Source: an uncultured Gemmatimonadales bacterium (lineage in GTDB: Bacteria > Gemmatimonadota > Gemmatimonadetes > Gemmatimonadales > GWC2-71-9). From it: a DNA stretch of 64,000 nucleotides. Positions 45,263-54,340 of this stretch are shown one piece after another (the stretch's first letter is position 1; each line of letters begins with the position of its first letter). The position numbers and the translations under genes were made by a program. The DNA lies in assembly GCA_963817575.1 (NCBI GenBank), contig CAWFOY010000001.1, positions 44,548 through 108,547 on the forward strand, in the 5' to 3' direction. Below the pieces are notes generated by a model that was given only the letters and a program-made list of their open reading frames with translations, was not told the origin of the DNA and ran no database searches.

Positions 45263-47665
45263 CTACTCCCCGTACGGGACCCAGATGTTCTTCACTTGCG
45301 TCGCGTGGCGCAGGAATGGCTCACCCTCGCCCCGGTCCGGGTCGTCCCAGGCCACCTGATGCCCGTGGTTGACCCAGGTCTGCTTCAGATTGCCGGCTGA
45401 CAGCTTTTCGACCTGGGTGCTTCCCTCCGCCGTGCCCCAATACCACATCGCATCCACATCGTCGTGGGCGGCCAGCACCGCCGATAGCTCTTCCCGGGGT
45501 CCGGTCACCAGGTTGATCACGCCCCCCGGCAGGTCCGAGGTGTCGAAGACCTGGTAGAGGTCGGTGGCGAGGAGCGGCCACCGGGCGGAGGGAATCGCCA
45601 CCAGGGTGTTGCCCATCGCGACCGGTGGGATCACCGTGGAGAGGAAACCGAGCAGGGGCCAGTCCTCGGGAGCCACGACGCCCATGACGCCCAGGGGTTC
45701 GGGCATCGCGAGCGTGATATTGCGATATGGCGTGTGGTGGACGCGGCCGTCCCACTTGTCGGCCCACGCGGCGTAACTAAACAGGCGCGAGAGCGAGAAC
45801 TCAACTTCCTTCTGCGCATCGGCGTGCGAGCGGCCGGTGAGCGCCTCGAGTCGCGCGGCGAACTCTGCCTGGCGGACGGCGAGGTTTTCGGCGAGATAGT
45901 ACAGCACCTGCGCGCGGTTGTGGGCCGTCGCGCGGGCCCATCCCGCCGCCTTGTGCGCGGCCTCCACGGCGTTCCTGATGTCCTTGCGATTGCCATGCCC
46001 AACTTCGGCGATGAGCCGCCCGCCTGCATCGTGCACCGGCAGGCTGTAGCCGGAATCGGGACGCGCCTGCTTGCCGCCGATGTAAAGCTTGGGAGAGCGG
46101 TCTATCGAGGGATGGGCAGATGGGCGGATGGGCCGTGGGATCACCGCAGCGGCTGCCTGCGCGTACGCCTGAGTTGCCGCCCCGCTGCCCATCTGCCCAT
46201 CCGCCGTGCCGTCCTTCACATACTCCCACAACCCTTCCTTGCCGCCCTCCCGTCCGAATCCGCTCTCGCGGTAGCCGCCGAAGCCCGAGGCGGCGTCGAA
46301 GACGTTCGTGCAATTGATCCAGACCGACCCCGCCTTGATGCGAGGGGCGATGTCGAGTGCGAGGTTGATGTTCTCGGTCCAGACGCTCGCGGCGAGGCCG
46401 TACCTGGTGTTGTTGGCGAGCTCGACCGCCTCATCGGGCGTGCGAAACGTCATCATGACGACGACCGGGCCGAAGATCTCCACCTGCGCGATCGTCGCCG
46501 ACGGGGACACGTCGGTGAAGAGCGTCGGCGGGAAGAAGTAGCCCTCCTTCGGGCAGCTCCACGACGGCTGCCACATCGTGGCGCCTTCGTCCTCGCCCTT
46601 CTGCACCAGCTCGCGGATCTTGTCGAGCTGAACCGGTGCGATGATGGCGCCGATGTCGATCGCCTTGTCGAGCGGGTCGCCCACGCGAAGGGTCTCCATC
46701 CGGGCGCGGAGCCGCGCCACCAGCCGGTCCGCCACGCCCTCCTGGGCCAGGATCCGGGAGCCGGCACAGCAGACCTGCCCCTGATTGAACCAGATCGCAT
46801 CCACGACACCCTCGACCACGCTGTCGAGGTCGGCATCCGAGAAGACGACAAAGGGCGACTTCCCGCCCAGCTCGAGCGACAGCTTCTTGCCGGTGCCGGC
46901 CGTGGTCGCGCGGATGATGCGGCCGACGTCGGTGGATCCGGTGAAGGCGATCTTGTCCACGTCGGGGTGCTTGACGATCGATTCGCCGGTGCGCCCGTCG
47001 CCGGTGAGGATATTCACGACGCCGGGCGGGAGACCGACCTCGTCGCACAACTCGGCGAAGAGCAGCGCCGTCAGGGGTGTGAACTCGGCCGGCTTCAGCA
47101 CGACCGTGTTCCCCATCGCGATGGCCGGCGCGATCTTCCAGGACAGCATCAGGAGCGGGAAGTTCCACGGGATGATCTGCCCGGCCACGCCGACCGGTTC
47201 CATTCCGGGCATCTCACGCTCCATCAGCTGGGCCCAACCCGCATGATGGTAGAAGTGCCGCGCCACCAGCGGCACGTCGATGTCGCGCGATTCGCGGATC
47301 GGCTTCCCGTTGTCCAGCGATTCGAGCACCGCGAGGAGCCGCGTGTGCCGCTGCACGGCGCGCGCGAGGGCGTAGAGATAGCGCGCGCGCCCGTGTCCCC
47401 CGAGAGCGGCCCAGTCCGGCTGGGCCGCTCGGGCCGCTCCGACGGCGCGGTCCACGTCCGCTGCCGACGCCTGCGTCACCTGCGCGAGGACCCGCCCTGT
47501 GCCTGGATTCACGGTGTCGAAGAGCTCGCCGGGCGCAGTCCACTGCCCGCCGATGTAGACGCCGAAGGCCCGGCGGTGGCGGTCGAGCCATTCCTCCGCC
47601 GGCTTCGCCGATTCGGGCGCCGGGCCATATGACATGCTCGCGAAGATCTCGGGTATGGATGCCAT
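45263..47665 (-). CDS. Double-domain aldehyde dehydrogenase: complete ALDH + repeat-derived linker + truncated ALDH-like (NAD-binding half only)
   Basis: The N-terminal ~500 aa carry LELGGKSP and FNQGQVCCAGSR (catalytic Glu and Cys). The C-terminal ~255 aa align to the first half of an ALDH (KLYIGGKQ..AMGNTLV..GVINLVTG) and stop where LELGGK would be. The linker is encoded by octamer arrays. Confidence 0.85.
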   Translation of the reverse strand: MASIPEIFASMSYGPAPESAKPAEEWLDRHRRAFGVYIGGQWTAPGELFDTVNPGTGRVLAQVTQASAADVDRAVGAARAAQPDWAALGGHGRARYLYALARAVQRHTRLLAVLESLDNGKPIRESRDIDVPLVARHFYHHAGWAQLMEREMPGMEPVGVAGQIIPWNFPLLMLSWKIAPAIAMGNTVVLKPAEFTPLTALLFAELCDEVGLPPGVVNILTGDGRTGESIVKHPDVDKIAFTGSTDVGRIIRATTAGTGKKLSLELGGKSPFVVFSDADLDSVVEGVVDAIWFNQGQVCCAGSRILAQEGVADRLVARLRARMETLRVGDPLDKAIDIGAIIAPVQLDKIRELVQKGEDEGATMWQPSWSCPKEGYFFPPTLFTDVSPSATIAQVEIFGPVVVMMTFRTPDEAVELANNTRYGLAASVWTENINLALDIAPRIKAGSVWINCTNVFDAASGFGGYRESGFGREGGKEGLWEYVKDGTADGQMGSGAATQAYAQAAAAVIPRPIRPSAHPSIDRSPKLYIGGKQARPDSGYSLPVHDAGGRLIAEVGHGNRKDIRNAVEAAHKAAGWARATAHNRAQVLYYLAENLAVRQAEFAARLEALTGRSHADAQKEVEFSLSRLFSYAAWADKWDGRVHHTPYRNITLAMPEPLGVMGVVAPEDWPLLGFLSTVIPPVAMGNTLVAIPSARWPLLATDLYQVFDTSDLPGGVINLVTGPREELSAVLAAHDDVDAMWYWGTAEGSTQVEKLSAGNLKQTWVNHGHQVAWDDPDRGEGEPFLRHATQVKNIWVPYGE
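46108..46205. repeat. Inverted pair of octamer arrays inside the ALDH CDS
   Basis: The left arm is gggatgggcagatgggcggatgggc (46108-46133) and the right arm is gctgcccatctgcccatccgcc (46184-46205). Together they are translated as ..ADGQMGSG..IRPSAHPS.. on the minus strand. Confidence 0.9.
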
Positions 47666-47680
47666 GCGCTCTCTCCGCCC

Positions 47681-48685
47681 CTAGGCCATCGGATGCCGGT
47701 GCGCTGCCGAGTACCGCCCCGTCACGAAGTGCTCGAGCTGGCGCTCGATGTCCGTGAGGAGGCTGCTGGCCCCGAACCGGAAGAGCTCGGGCCGGAGCCA
47801 GGCATCGCCCAGCTCCTCCTTGATCAGGGCGAGCCATTCGAGCGAATCCTTCGCGCTGCGGATGCCGCCTGCCGGCTTGAAGCCGACCCGGGTGCCGGTG
47901 CGCTCCAGGTATTCGCGAATGGCGCGGACCATCACGAAGCCGACCGGCAGCGTGGCATTCACGCTCTCCTTGCCGGTGGACGTCTTGATGAAATCGGCGC
48001 CCGCCATCATCGCCACGAGGCTCGCGCGGGCCACGTTCCGGAGCATGCCGAGCTCGCCGGTGCCGAGGATCACCTTGATGTGGGCATCGCCGCATGCCTC
48101 GCGGAACGCCTTCACCTCGTCGTACAGCGCCGGCCAGTCCTCGCACAGCACGTGCGCCCGGGTCACCACGACATCGATTTCATCCGCGCCCGCCTCGATC
48201 GACGCGTGGATCTCCGCCAGGCGCTGCGGGAAGGGTGAGAGCCCCGCGGGGAAGCCGGTGGAGACGGCCGCCACCGGGATCCCGGTTCCCCTGAGCGCCT
48301 CCACCGCCGTCGGGACCATGGCGTGGTAGACGCAAACGGCGGCGGCGCGGATCCCGAGGTGTTCCGCACCGAGCGTTTGCAGCAGGTCCGCCCGCACCGG
48401 CTGACGCGCCTTGGCGCAGAGGCGGCGCACGCGGCCGGGGGTGTCGTCGCCCTGGAGTGTCGTCAGGTCCATCAGGGTCACGGCCCGGAGAAGCCAGGCG
48501 GCCTGCCATTCCTTCTTGACGGTCCGGCGGCGGCCGAGCGTCACGGCCCGCCGCTCGAGTGCGCTCCGGTTGGCGCGCGCCGCGCGGACCCAGCCCAGGT
48601 CCAGCGGCATCCCGGCATTCCGGGGCTGCACCGGGATCGGCAGCTCGGTGGCCGGTGTGCCCGGTCTGGAGGGAATGGAGGCCAT
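47681..48685 (-). CDS. deoC: Deoxyribose-phosphate aldolase (long form)
   Basis: 334 aa counted from ATG 48685. The Schiff-base Lys context FIKTSTGK is present, along with VAAVSTGFPAG and KPAGGIR. The track ORF extends upstream through the rhomboid gene in another frame. Confidence 0.88.
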   Translation of the reverse strand: MASIPSRPGTPATELPIPVQPRNAGMPLDLGWVRAARANRSALERRAVTLGRRRTVKKEWQAAWLLRAVTLMDLTTLQGDDTPGRVRRLCAKARQPVRADLLQTLGAEHLGIRAAAVCVYHAMVPTAVEALRGTGIPVAAVSTGFPAGLSPFPQRLAEIHASIEAGADEIDVVVTRAHVLCEDWPALYDEVKAFREACGDAHIKVILGTGELGMLRNVARASLVAMMAGADFIKTSTGKESVNATLPVGFVMVRAIREYLERTGTRVGFKPAGGIRSAKDSLEWLALIKEELGDAWLRPELFRFGASSLLTDIERQLEHFVTGRYSAAHRHPMA

Positions 48686-48702
48686 GACGATGCTCCAGTA
48701 CG

Positions 48703-49470
48703 TCAGCGGATGCGTCCGTACTGCGGGTGAGCGGCCAGCACCGCACGATGCTGCGCCACCAGCGTCGGGTTCTGGAAGAAGAACACGAACAGCATGCCGG
48801 CGGCAAAGCCGCCGATGTGGGCCCAGAACGCGGTCCCGCCCATGTCGCCATGCTGGCTCAGTGCCGGCAGGCCGCTCAGCACCTGCAGGAGGAACCAGTA
48901 CCCGAGCATGAAGTACGCCGGCACCGCGTACCGGAAGAAGAACAGCCCCAGGAAGATGAACATGTGCACCCGGACGAGCGGGTACAGGATGACGTAGGCG
49001 CCCATCACGCCGCCGATGGCGCCGGACGCGCCGAGCATCGGGATAGTGCTGCCCGGGTGCACCAGCGTCTGGGTCGCCGCCGCCACGAGCCCACAAAGAA
49101 TATAGAAGGCCAGGAACCGGCCGTGGCCCATGGAATCCTCCACGTTATTCCCGAAGACGTGGAGGAACCACATGTTCCCGATGAGGTGGAGCCAGCCCCC
49201 GTGCAGAAACATTGATGTCAGGGGCGTATACCACGTCACTGCCTCGCCCAGCGCACAGGAGGCGTCCGGCCCGATGCGGACGACGGTGCCAGGCCCGACA
49301 CGTCCGAGGAGCTCAGCGGGAATGAGCGCGAGCTCGCAGACCGACTTTGCCAGCGCCGGATCGGTGCCCATGCCCTGCACCAGGACCCAGACTGCGGCAT
49401 TGGCCGCGATGAGCAGCCAGGTCACCACCGGGGTGCGGAGGGTCGGGTTGTCGTCGCGGTAGGGGAACAT
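48703..49470 (-). CDS. Rhomboid family intramembrane serine protease
   Basis: The motifs HGGWLHLIGNMWFL and GASGAIGGVMGAY (catalytic Ser) and a downstream His are present in a polytopic body. I prefer ATG 49470 as the start. Confidence 0.88.
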   Translation of the reverse strand: MFPYRDDNPTLRTPVVTWLLIAANAAVWVLVQGMGTDPALAKSVCELALIPAELLGRVGPGTVVRIGPDASCALGEAVTWYTPLTSMFLHGGWLHLIGNMWFLHVFGNNVEDSMGHGRFLAFYILCGLVAAATQTLVHPGSTIPMLGASGAIGGVMGAYVILYPLVRVHMFIFLGLFFFRYAVPAYFMLGYWFLLQVLSGLPALSQHGDMGGTAFWAHIGGFAAGMLFVFFFQNPTLVAQHRAVLAAHPQYGRIR

Positions 49471-49573
49471 TCCCCGGAATATACGACTTGGCGACCGACT
49501 GGCGTAACCGTGTCCGGGACGGCATCTTACGTTGGTTATCCCCCTTCCAGTCGCGAGGCACCGCCCCACCGAC

Positions 49574-52273
49574 GTGACGATCGGCACCGAGGAACGTCTC
49601 CGGTCCGCCCTGGCGGACCGCTACCGCATCGAGCGTGAAATCGGCGCCGGTGGGATGGCCACTGTCTACCTCGCACAGGACCTCCGCCACGATCGCAGGG
49701 TAGCGCTGAAGGTCCTCCGGGCGGAGCTGGCGGCGGTCATCGGCGCCGAGCGCTTCCTCGCCGAGATCAAGCTCACCGCCAATCTCCAGCATCCGCACAT
49801 CCTTCCGCTGCTCGACAGCGGGGAGGCGGGCCAGCGCGAAGACGGGTCCGGGATCTTCCTCTGGTACACCATGCCGTATGTGGAGGGGGAATCCCTCCGT
49901 GCACGGATCTCCCGTGAGAAGCAGCTCCCGGTCGACGAGGCGGTGCGGCTCGCCACCGAGGTGGCAAGCGCGCTCGACTACGCTCACCGCCACGGCGTCA
50001 TCCACCGCGACATCAAGCCCGAGAACGTCCTGCTTCACGATGGACAGGCCCTGGTGGCCGATTTCGGCATCGCGCTCGCCCTGAGCAGCGCCGGCACCCG
50101 GATGACCGAGACCGGGATGAGCCTCGGCACGCCGCACTACATGAGCCCCGAACAGGCGATGGGCGAGCGCGAGCTCACCGCCCGCAGCGACGTGTATGCA
50201 CTCGGCGCAATGCTGTACGAGATGCTGGTCGGCGAGCCGCCGTTCACGGGCCCCACGGCACAGGCCATCGTGGCGCGGGTGGTCACCGAGTCGCCGCGGC
50301 CGCTCCTGCCCCAGCGGCACACGATTCCGCCGCAGGTCGAGGCCGCGGTGATGAGGGCTCTGGAGAAGCTGCCGGCGGACCGATTCGGCAGCGCGGCCGA
50401 CTTTGCAGACGCGCTCACCAACCCGATGGCGGCCCTTGCGGTCGCGCGCGGCGGCACGACCGCACTGCGGCCGGTGTTTCGGGGGCGTGGCCTGTGGAAT
50501 CCGCTTGCCATTGCAGCAACCGCCCTCGCCGTTGTGGCAGGAACAGCCGCCCTTCGGATGGCGCTCAAGACCACGCCCCGGCCGGTGACGCGGGTGAGCC
50601 TGGCTTTCGCCCCGACCGAGCGGCCATCTCAGATTGGATTCCTGCGCCTCGCGATCGCACCGGACGGACGGCGGTTCGTGTACGCCGGGCCGGGTGAAGG
50701 CGGATCGCAACTCTGGCTCCGGGAGCTGGACAAGCTCCGCGCGACACCGATCGTCGGCACCGAGGGCGGGGTCAACCCCTTTTTCTCTCCCGATGGCCGC
50801 CAGATCGGCTATTTCGATGCCAATACCTTCGCCCTCCGGATCGCCTCGCTGGCCGGCGGCCCGCCGGTGACGCTGGTCGAGCGGGGGAATTCCGGTGGAG
50901 GCGGGGCGTGGTCCCTGGATGGCTACATCTACTTCGACACCAACGACGGGCTGAGGCGGATCAAGGCGACCGGCGGCACAATCGAGCCGGCGGTCGCGCT
51001 GGACTCGAGCCAGGCAGAGCTCGGGCATGCCTGGCCCGATGTGCTGCCGAAGGGCCGCGGCCTGATCTATCGCCTGCGGCACGTGGGCCAGGACCCCCGT
51101 GAGTACGACATCAAGGCAACGGACCTCCGTACCGGGAAGTCGAAGGTGCTGGTCCGCGGCGTGCTCGGGCGCTATGTCGAACCGGGATACCTCGTCTACG
51201 TCACGGCGGAAGGCGACCTGCTCGCGGCGCCCTTCGATGAGGACCGTCTCGAGCTGACGGGATCGCCGACACCCCTCCTCGAGGGCATCGGAGTCCGCGG
51301 GCTGGGCGGGACGGACGTCGTGATCTCCCGGTCGGGGGACCTCATGTACATCACCGGCGCCTCCGGCGGCATCGCCGAGATGGTCTGGGTGGGGCGGGAT
51401 GGTGTGGCCCGCCCGGTCGACCCTGGGTGGAATGCGACCGGCGTGCTCGCCTCACTGGCGCTCTCGCCCGACGGCCGCCAACTGGCTATCGGGGTCATCG
51501 GCGGTGTCGGTGGGGAGGACCTCTGGGTGAAGCAGCTCGACACTGGCCCGCTCTCGCGGCTCACGTTCGAGGGGGGCACCAACCTCAGGGCGTCGTGGAG
51601 CCCGGACGGACGCTTCGTACTCTACACCGGTGCGGACTCCAGTCTAGGGCTTCTCAGGAAGCGCGCGGACGGGAGTGGCGCGGCGGAAGTTGTGGTCCGC
51701 TTCCCGACCGAGATGGCCGAGAACCTCATGTCGCGCGACGGCCGCTGGATCGTGACCCGAAGCATCACGGGCATCGCCGGTGAGGGCGACATCTACGGAT
51801 TCCGGCCCGGGCTGGACACCGCGCCGACTCTCCTGGTCGCCACGAAGTTTCGTGAGACCAGTCCAGCACTGTCGCCCGACGGGCGATGGCTTGCATACAC
51901 CTCCAACGAATCGGGACGGCTCGAGGTCTACGTCCGGCCGTTTCCGGACGCCGCCACCGCACGGTGGCAAGTCTCGGTCGCAGGAGGGACGGAGCCGCGC
52001 TGGGCGCACAGCGGGCGCGAGCTCTTCTACCGGAACGGCGCCGGGGACCTGATCGCCGCGGAGGTGCGCGGCGTTCCTGCGTTCTCCGTCGTGCAGCAGC
52101 AGCGGCTCTTTTCCGCCTCGCCGTTCTTCTCGCTTCCCCCCCACTTCGGCTACGAGGTCGGGCCGGACGACCGGCGATTCCTGATGGCCCGGATGGAGCG
52201 GAGCGAGGAGGGAAGCGAAGTCGTGCTGGTGCAGAACTGGCGTGAGGAACTCAAACAGATCGGGAAACGATGA
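49574..52273 (+). CDS. Ser/Thr protein kinase with TM helix and C-terminal TolB-like (PD40/WD40-like) beta-propeller
   Basis: The kinase motifs GAGGMATVYLA, VALKVL, HRDIKPEN, DFGIA and SPEQ are present. A TM segment is followed by repeated SPDGR motifs. I prefer GVG 49574 by analogy with the paralogues; the track start is TTG 49532. Confidence 0.88.
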   Translation: MTIGTEERLRSALADRYRIEREIGAGGMATVYLAQDLRHDRRVALKVLRAELAAVIGAERFLAEIKLTANLQHPHILPLLDSGEAGQREDGSGIFLWYTMPYVEGESLRARISREKQLPVDEAVRLATEVASALDYAHRHGVIHRDIKPENVLLHDGQALVADFGIALALSSAGTRMTETGMSLGTPHYMSPEQAMGERELTARSDVYALGAMLYEMLVGEPPFTGPTAQAIVARVVTESPRPLLPQRHTIPPQVEAAVMRALEKLPADRFGSAADFADALTNPMAALAVARGGTTALRPVFRGRGLWNPLAIAATALAVVAGTAALRMALKTTPRPVTRVSLAFAPTERPSQIGFLRLAIAPDGRRFVYAGPGEGGSQLWLRELDKLRATPIVGTEGGVNPFFSPDGRQIGYFDANTFALRIASLAGGPPVTLVERGNSGGGGAWSLDGYIYFDTNDGLRRIKATGGTIEPAVALDSSQAELGHAWPDVLPKGRGLIYRLRHVGQDPREYDIKATDLRTGKSKVLVRGVLGRYVEPGYLVYVTAEGDLLAAPFDEDRLELTGSPTPLLEGIGVRGLGGTDVVISRSGDLMYITGASGGIAEMVWVGRDGVARPVDPGWNATGVLASLALSPDGRQLAIGVIGGVGGEDLWVKQLDTGPLSRLTFEGGTNLRASWSPDGRFVLYTGADSSLGLLRKRADGSGAAEVVVRFPTEMAENLMSRDGRWIVTRSITGIAGEGDIYGFRPGLDTAPTLLVATKFRETSPALSPDGRWLAYTSNESGRLEVYVRPFPDAATARWQVSVAGGTEPRWAHSGRELFYRNGAGDLIAAEVRGVPAFSVVQQQRLFSASPFFSLPPHFGYEVGPDDRRFLMARMERSEEGSEVVLVQNWREELKQIGKR

Positions 52274-52331
52274 GCGACCAGACGAGCCGCCTCACGGCGG
52301 CGTTGGCCGACCTCCAACGCGGACGCGGACA

Positions 52332-54191
52332 ATGACCGGTTTGGGACTTCGCCTCACGATTGCGGTGATCCTGGCCTCGGGCCTCGCGGCCTTGGCGAAG
52401 TCGGCGCCGCGGGATCTGCCCACACGTGACGGCCTCCCCGAGGTCCGTCCCAACGACAACCGGAAACCAGCCGGCGAGTTGATCGGCAATGTGCTCATGC
52501 TTCGCCTCGAGGTCCGGATGGGGCGCTGGTGTCCGGAGCGGGAGAATGGGCCGTTTGTGATTGCCCCGGTCCTGGCGGAGGAAGGGAAGGCGCCTGAGGT
52601 CCCCGGCCCGCTCATCCGGGTGTGGACCGGCACGACGATCGTCGCAACCGTCAGGAACGCTCTCGCCGACTCCACTGTCACCCTCCACGGGCTGGCGACG
52701 CGGCCGAGTTCCCCGTCCGACAGCATCGTGCTCCAGCCTGGCGAGTCCCGCGTGGTCCGCTTCGGAGTCGGCGCGGCCGGCACCTATTTCTATCGGGCGG
52801 TGGTGGGCACGATCGACCACGACAAGGACGAGCAGGAACAGCTCGCGGGCGCCTTCATCGTCGATCCGCCGGGGGCACGGCAGGACGATCGGATCTTCGT
52901 GATCAATATCTGGGGCGACCAGGTGGATTCAACGCATTACCGGAACGCCCTGGCGATCAACGGACGGTCGTGGCCATACACCGAGCGACTCACGGCGACC
53001 GAGGGGGACAGCGTCCGCTGGCGCTTCATCAATGCCAGCGACCGGGTCCACCCGATGCATCTGCACGGCTTCTACTATCAGATCCAGAGCAAGGGTACGG
53101 TTTCGCGCGATACCGCCTATGCGCCGGCGGACCGAAGGCTCGTCGTCACGGAGGACCTCCGGCCGTATCAAACGATGTCGCTCGTGTGGCAACCGATGCG
53201 GGAGGGCAACTGGCTCTTCCACTGTCACCTGGCGTTCCACGCGGTCCCGGAGACCCGGCTCGAGCCGATGGATCATCACGCCGACAACATGGCCACCGAT
53301 CCGCGGCGGCACATGGGCGGACTGGTGCTCGGCGTGACGGTGCAGCCGGGTGCCGGATGGCGGGATGCGGCCCCGCCGGACCGGCGCGCGCTGCGCCTTC
53401 TGGTTCAGGAGGGGCGGCCGCACGGACACGCGGCACGAGGCCTGAGCTTCATTCTGCAGGACGGGGCCACGCCCCCGGCACCGGACTCGGTCCGGACCCC
53501 AGGCACCGTCATCGTGCTCACGCGCGGCCAACCGACCGACATCACGGTCGTCAACCGGCTCCCCGAGCCGACCTCCGTTCACTGGCACGGCATCGAGCTC
53601 GAGAGCTGGTCGGACGGTGTCGCCGGCTGGAGCGGCACCGGCAACAAGGTCGCGCCGGCGATCGCCAGTCAGGATTCGTTTACGGCCCACCTCATCACCC
53701 GGCGGGCGGGAACGTTCATCTACCACACCCATCTCAACGATCTCGAGCAGCTGACCGCGGGCCTCTATGGGGCGATCGTCGTCCTCGAGCCGGGGCAGCG
53801 GTTCGACCCCTCGACGGATCACGTGTTTGTAGCCGGGTGGGACGGGCCGGCGGAGCCCCCACGTTTCGTCGTCAACGGCGACACCACCGCGCCGGCTCAG
53901 GTGCTCGAGGCCGGGCGGTTGCACCGCTTCCGTTTCGTGAACATCGGACCGGCGGCGGGAGTGACGTACCGGCTCCTTCGCGATTCCACCCTCGTGAACT
54001 GGCGTCCGGTCGCAGTGGACGGGGCGGATCTCCCGGCCTCACAGACGGCTGAGCGCCCGGCCCGCCGGTTCGTGCAGATCGGCCAGACATTCGACGCCGA
54101 GTACACGCCCCCTTCCGCAGGGGACTACACTCTGACAGCCAGCGTGCCTGGCGGAGCGGTAGTCTTCGCTCAACGATTGATGTTCCGATGA
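52332..54191 (+). CDS. Atypical multicopper oxidase with permuted copper-motif order (four cupredoxin-like segments)
   Basis: 619 aa counted from ATG 52332, with a signal peptide. HPMHLHG is at aa 240-246 and HCH at aa 297-299. These precede HWHG at aa 417-420 and YHTH at aa 464-467. The first and last segments lack copper ligands. Confidence 0.8.
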   Translation: MTGLGLRLTIAVILASGLAALAKSAPRDLPTRDGLPEVRPNDNRKPAGELIGNVLMLRLEVRMGRWCPERENGPFVIAPVLAEEGKAPEVPGPLIRVWTGTTIVATVRNALADSTVTLHGLATRPSSPSDSIVLQPGESRVVRFGVGAAGTYFYRAVVGTIDHDKDEQEQLAGAFIVDPPGARQDDRIFVINIWGDQVDSTHYRNALAINGRSWPYTERLTATEGDSVRWRFINASDRVHPMHLHGFYYQIQSKGTVSRDTAYAPADRRLVVTEDLRPYQTMSLVWQPMREGNWLFHCHLAFHAVPETRLEPMDHHADNMATDPRRHMGGLVLGVTVQPGAGWRDAAPPDRRALRLLVQEGRPHGHAARGLSFILQDGATPPAPDSVRTPGTVIVLTRGQPTDITVVNRLPEPTSVHWHGIELESWSDGVAGWSGTGNKVAPAIASQDSFTAHLITRRAGTFIYHTHLNDLEQLTAGLYGAIVVLEPGQRFDPSTDHVFVAGWDGPAEPPRFVVNGDTTAPAQVLEAGRLHRFRFVNIGPAAGVTYRLLRDSTLVNWRPVAVDGADLPASQTAERPARRFVQIGQTFDAEYTPPSAGDYTLTASVPGGAVVFAQRLMFR

Positions 54192-54214
54192 CGTCTCACG
54201 TTCACGTCGCGTCA

Positions 54215-54340
54215 GCTCGCGGCTCAAAGCCGCGGCTCGGCAGACGTCGCTAGAGCGACGGCTCGGCTGAAGTCCCTGAAGGGGCGCGAGGACCCCTTGG
54301 TCGCTTCAGCGACACCAGCCGAGCCGTGGCTTCAGCCACG
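54215..54340. repeat. Cluster of short GC hairpins, including a 23-nt element repeated at 57968-57990
   Basis: The stems are CGCGGCT-caa-AGCCGCG (54218-54234), CGTCGC-taga-GCGACG (54245-54260), AAGGGG-N8-CCCCTT (54279-54298), GTCGC-ttca-GCGAC (54300-54313) and CGTGGC-ttca-GCCACG (54325-54340). Confidence 0.6.

Noticed and set aside
47651-48685. deoC and the ALDH both begin with MASIP (ATGGCCTCCATTCCC and ATGGCATCCATACCC), which might be a shared start-region signal
   Set aside because: Only five residues match, with no extended nucleotide similarity around them. This is most likely coincidence.
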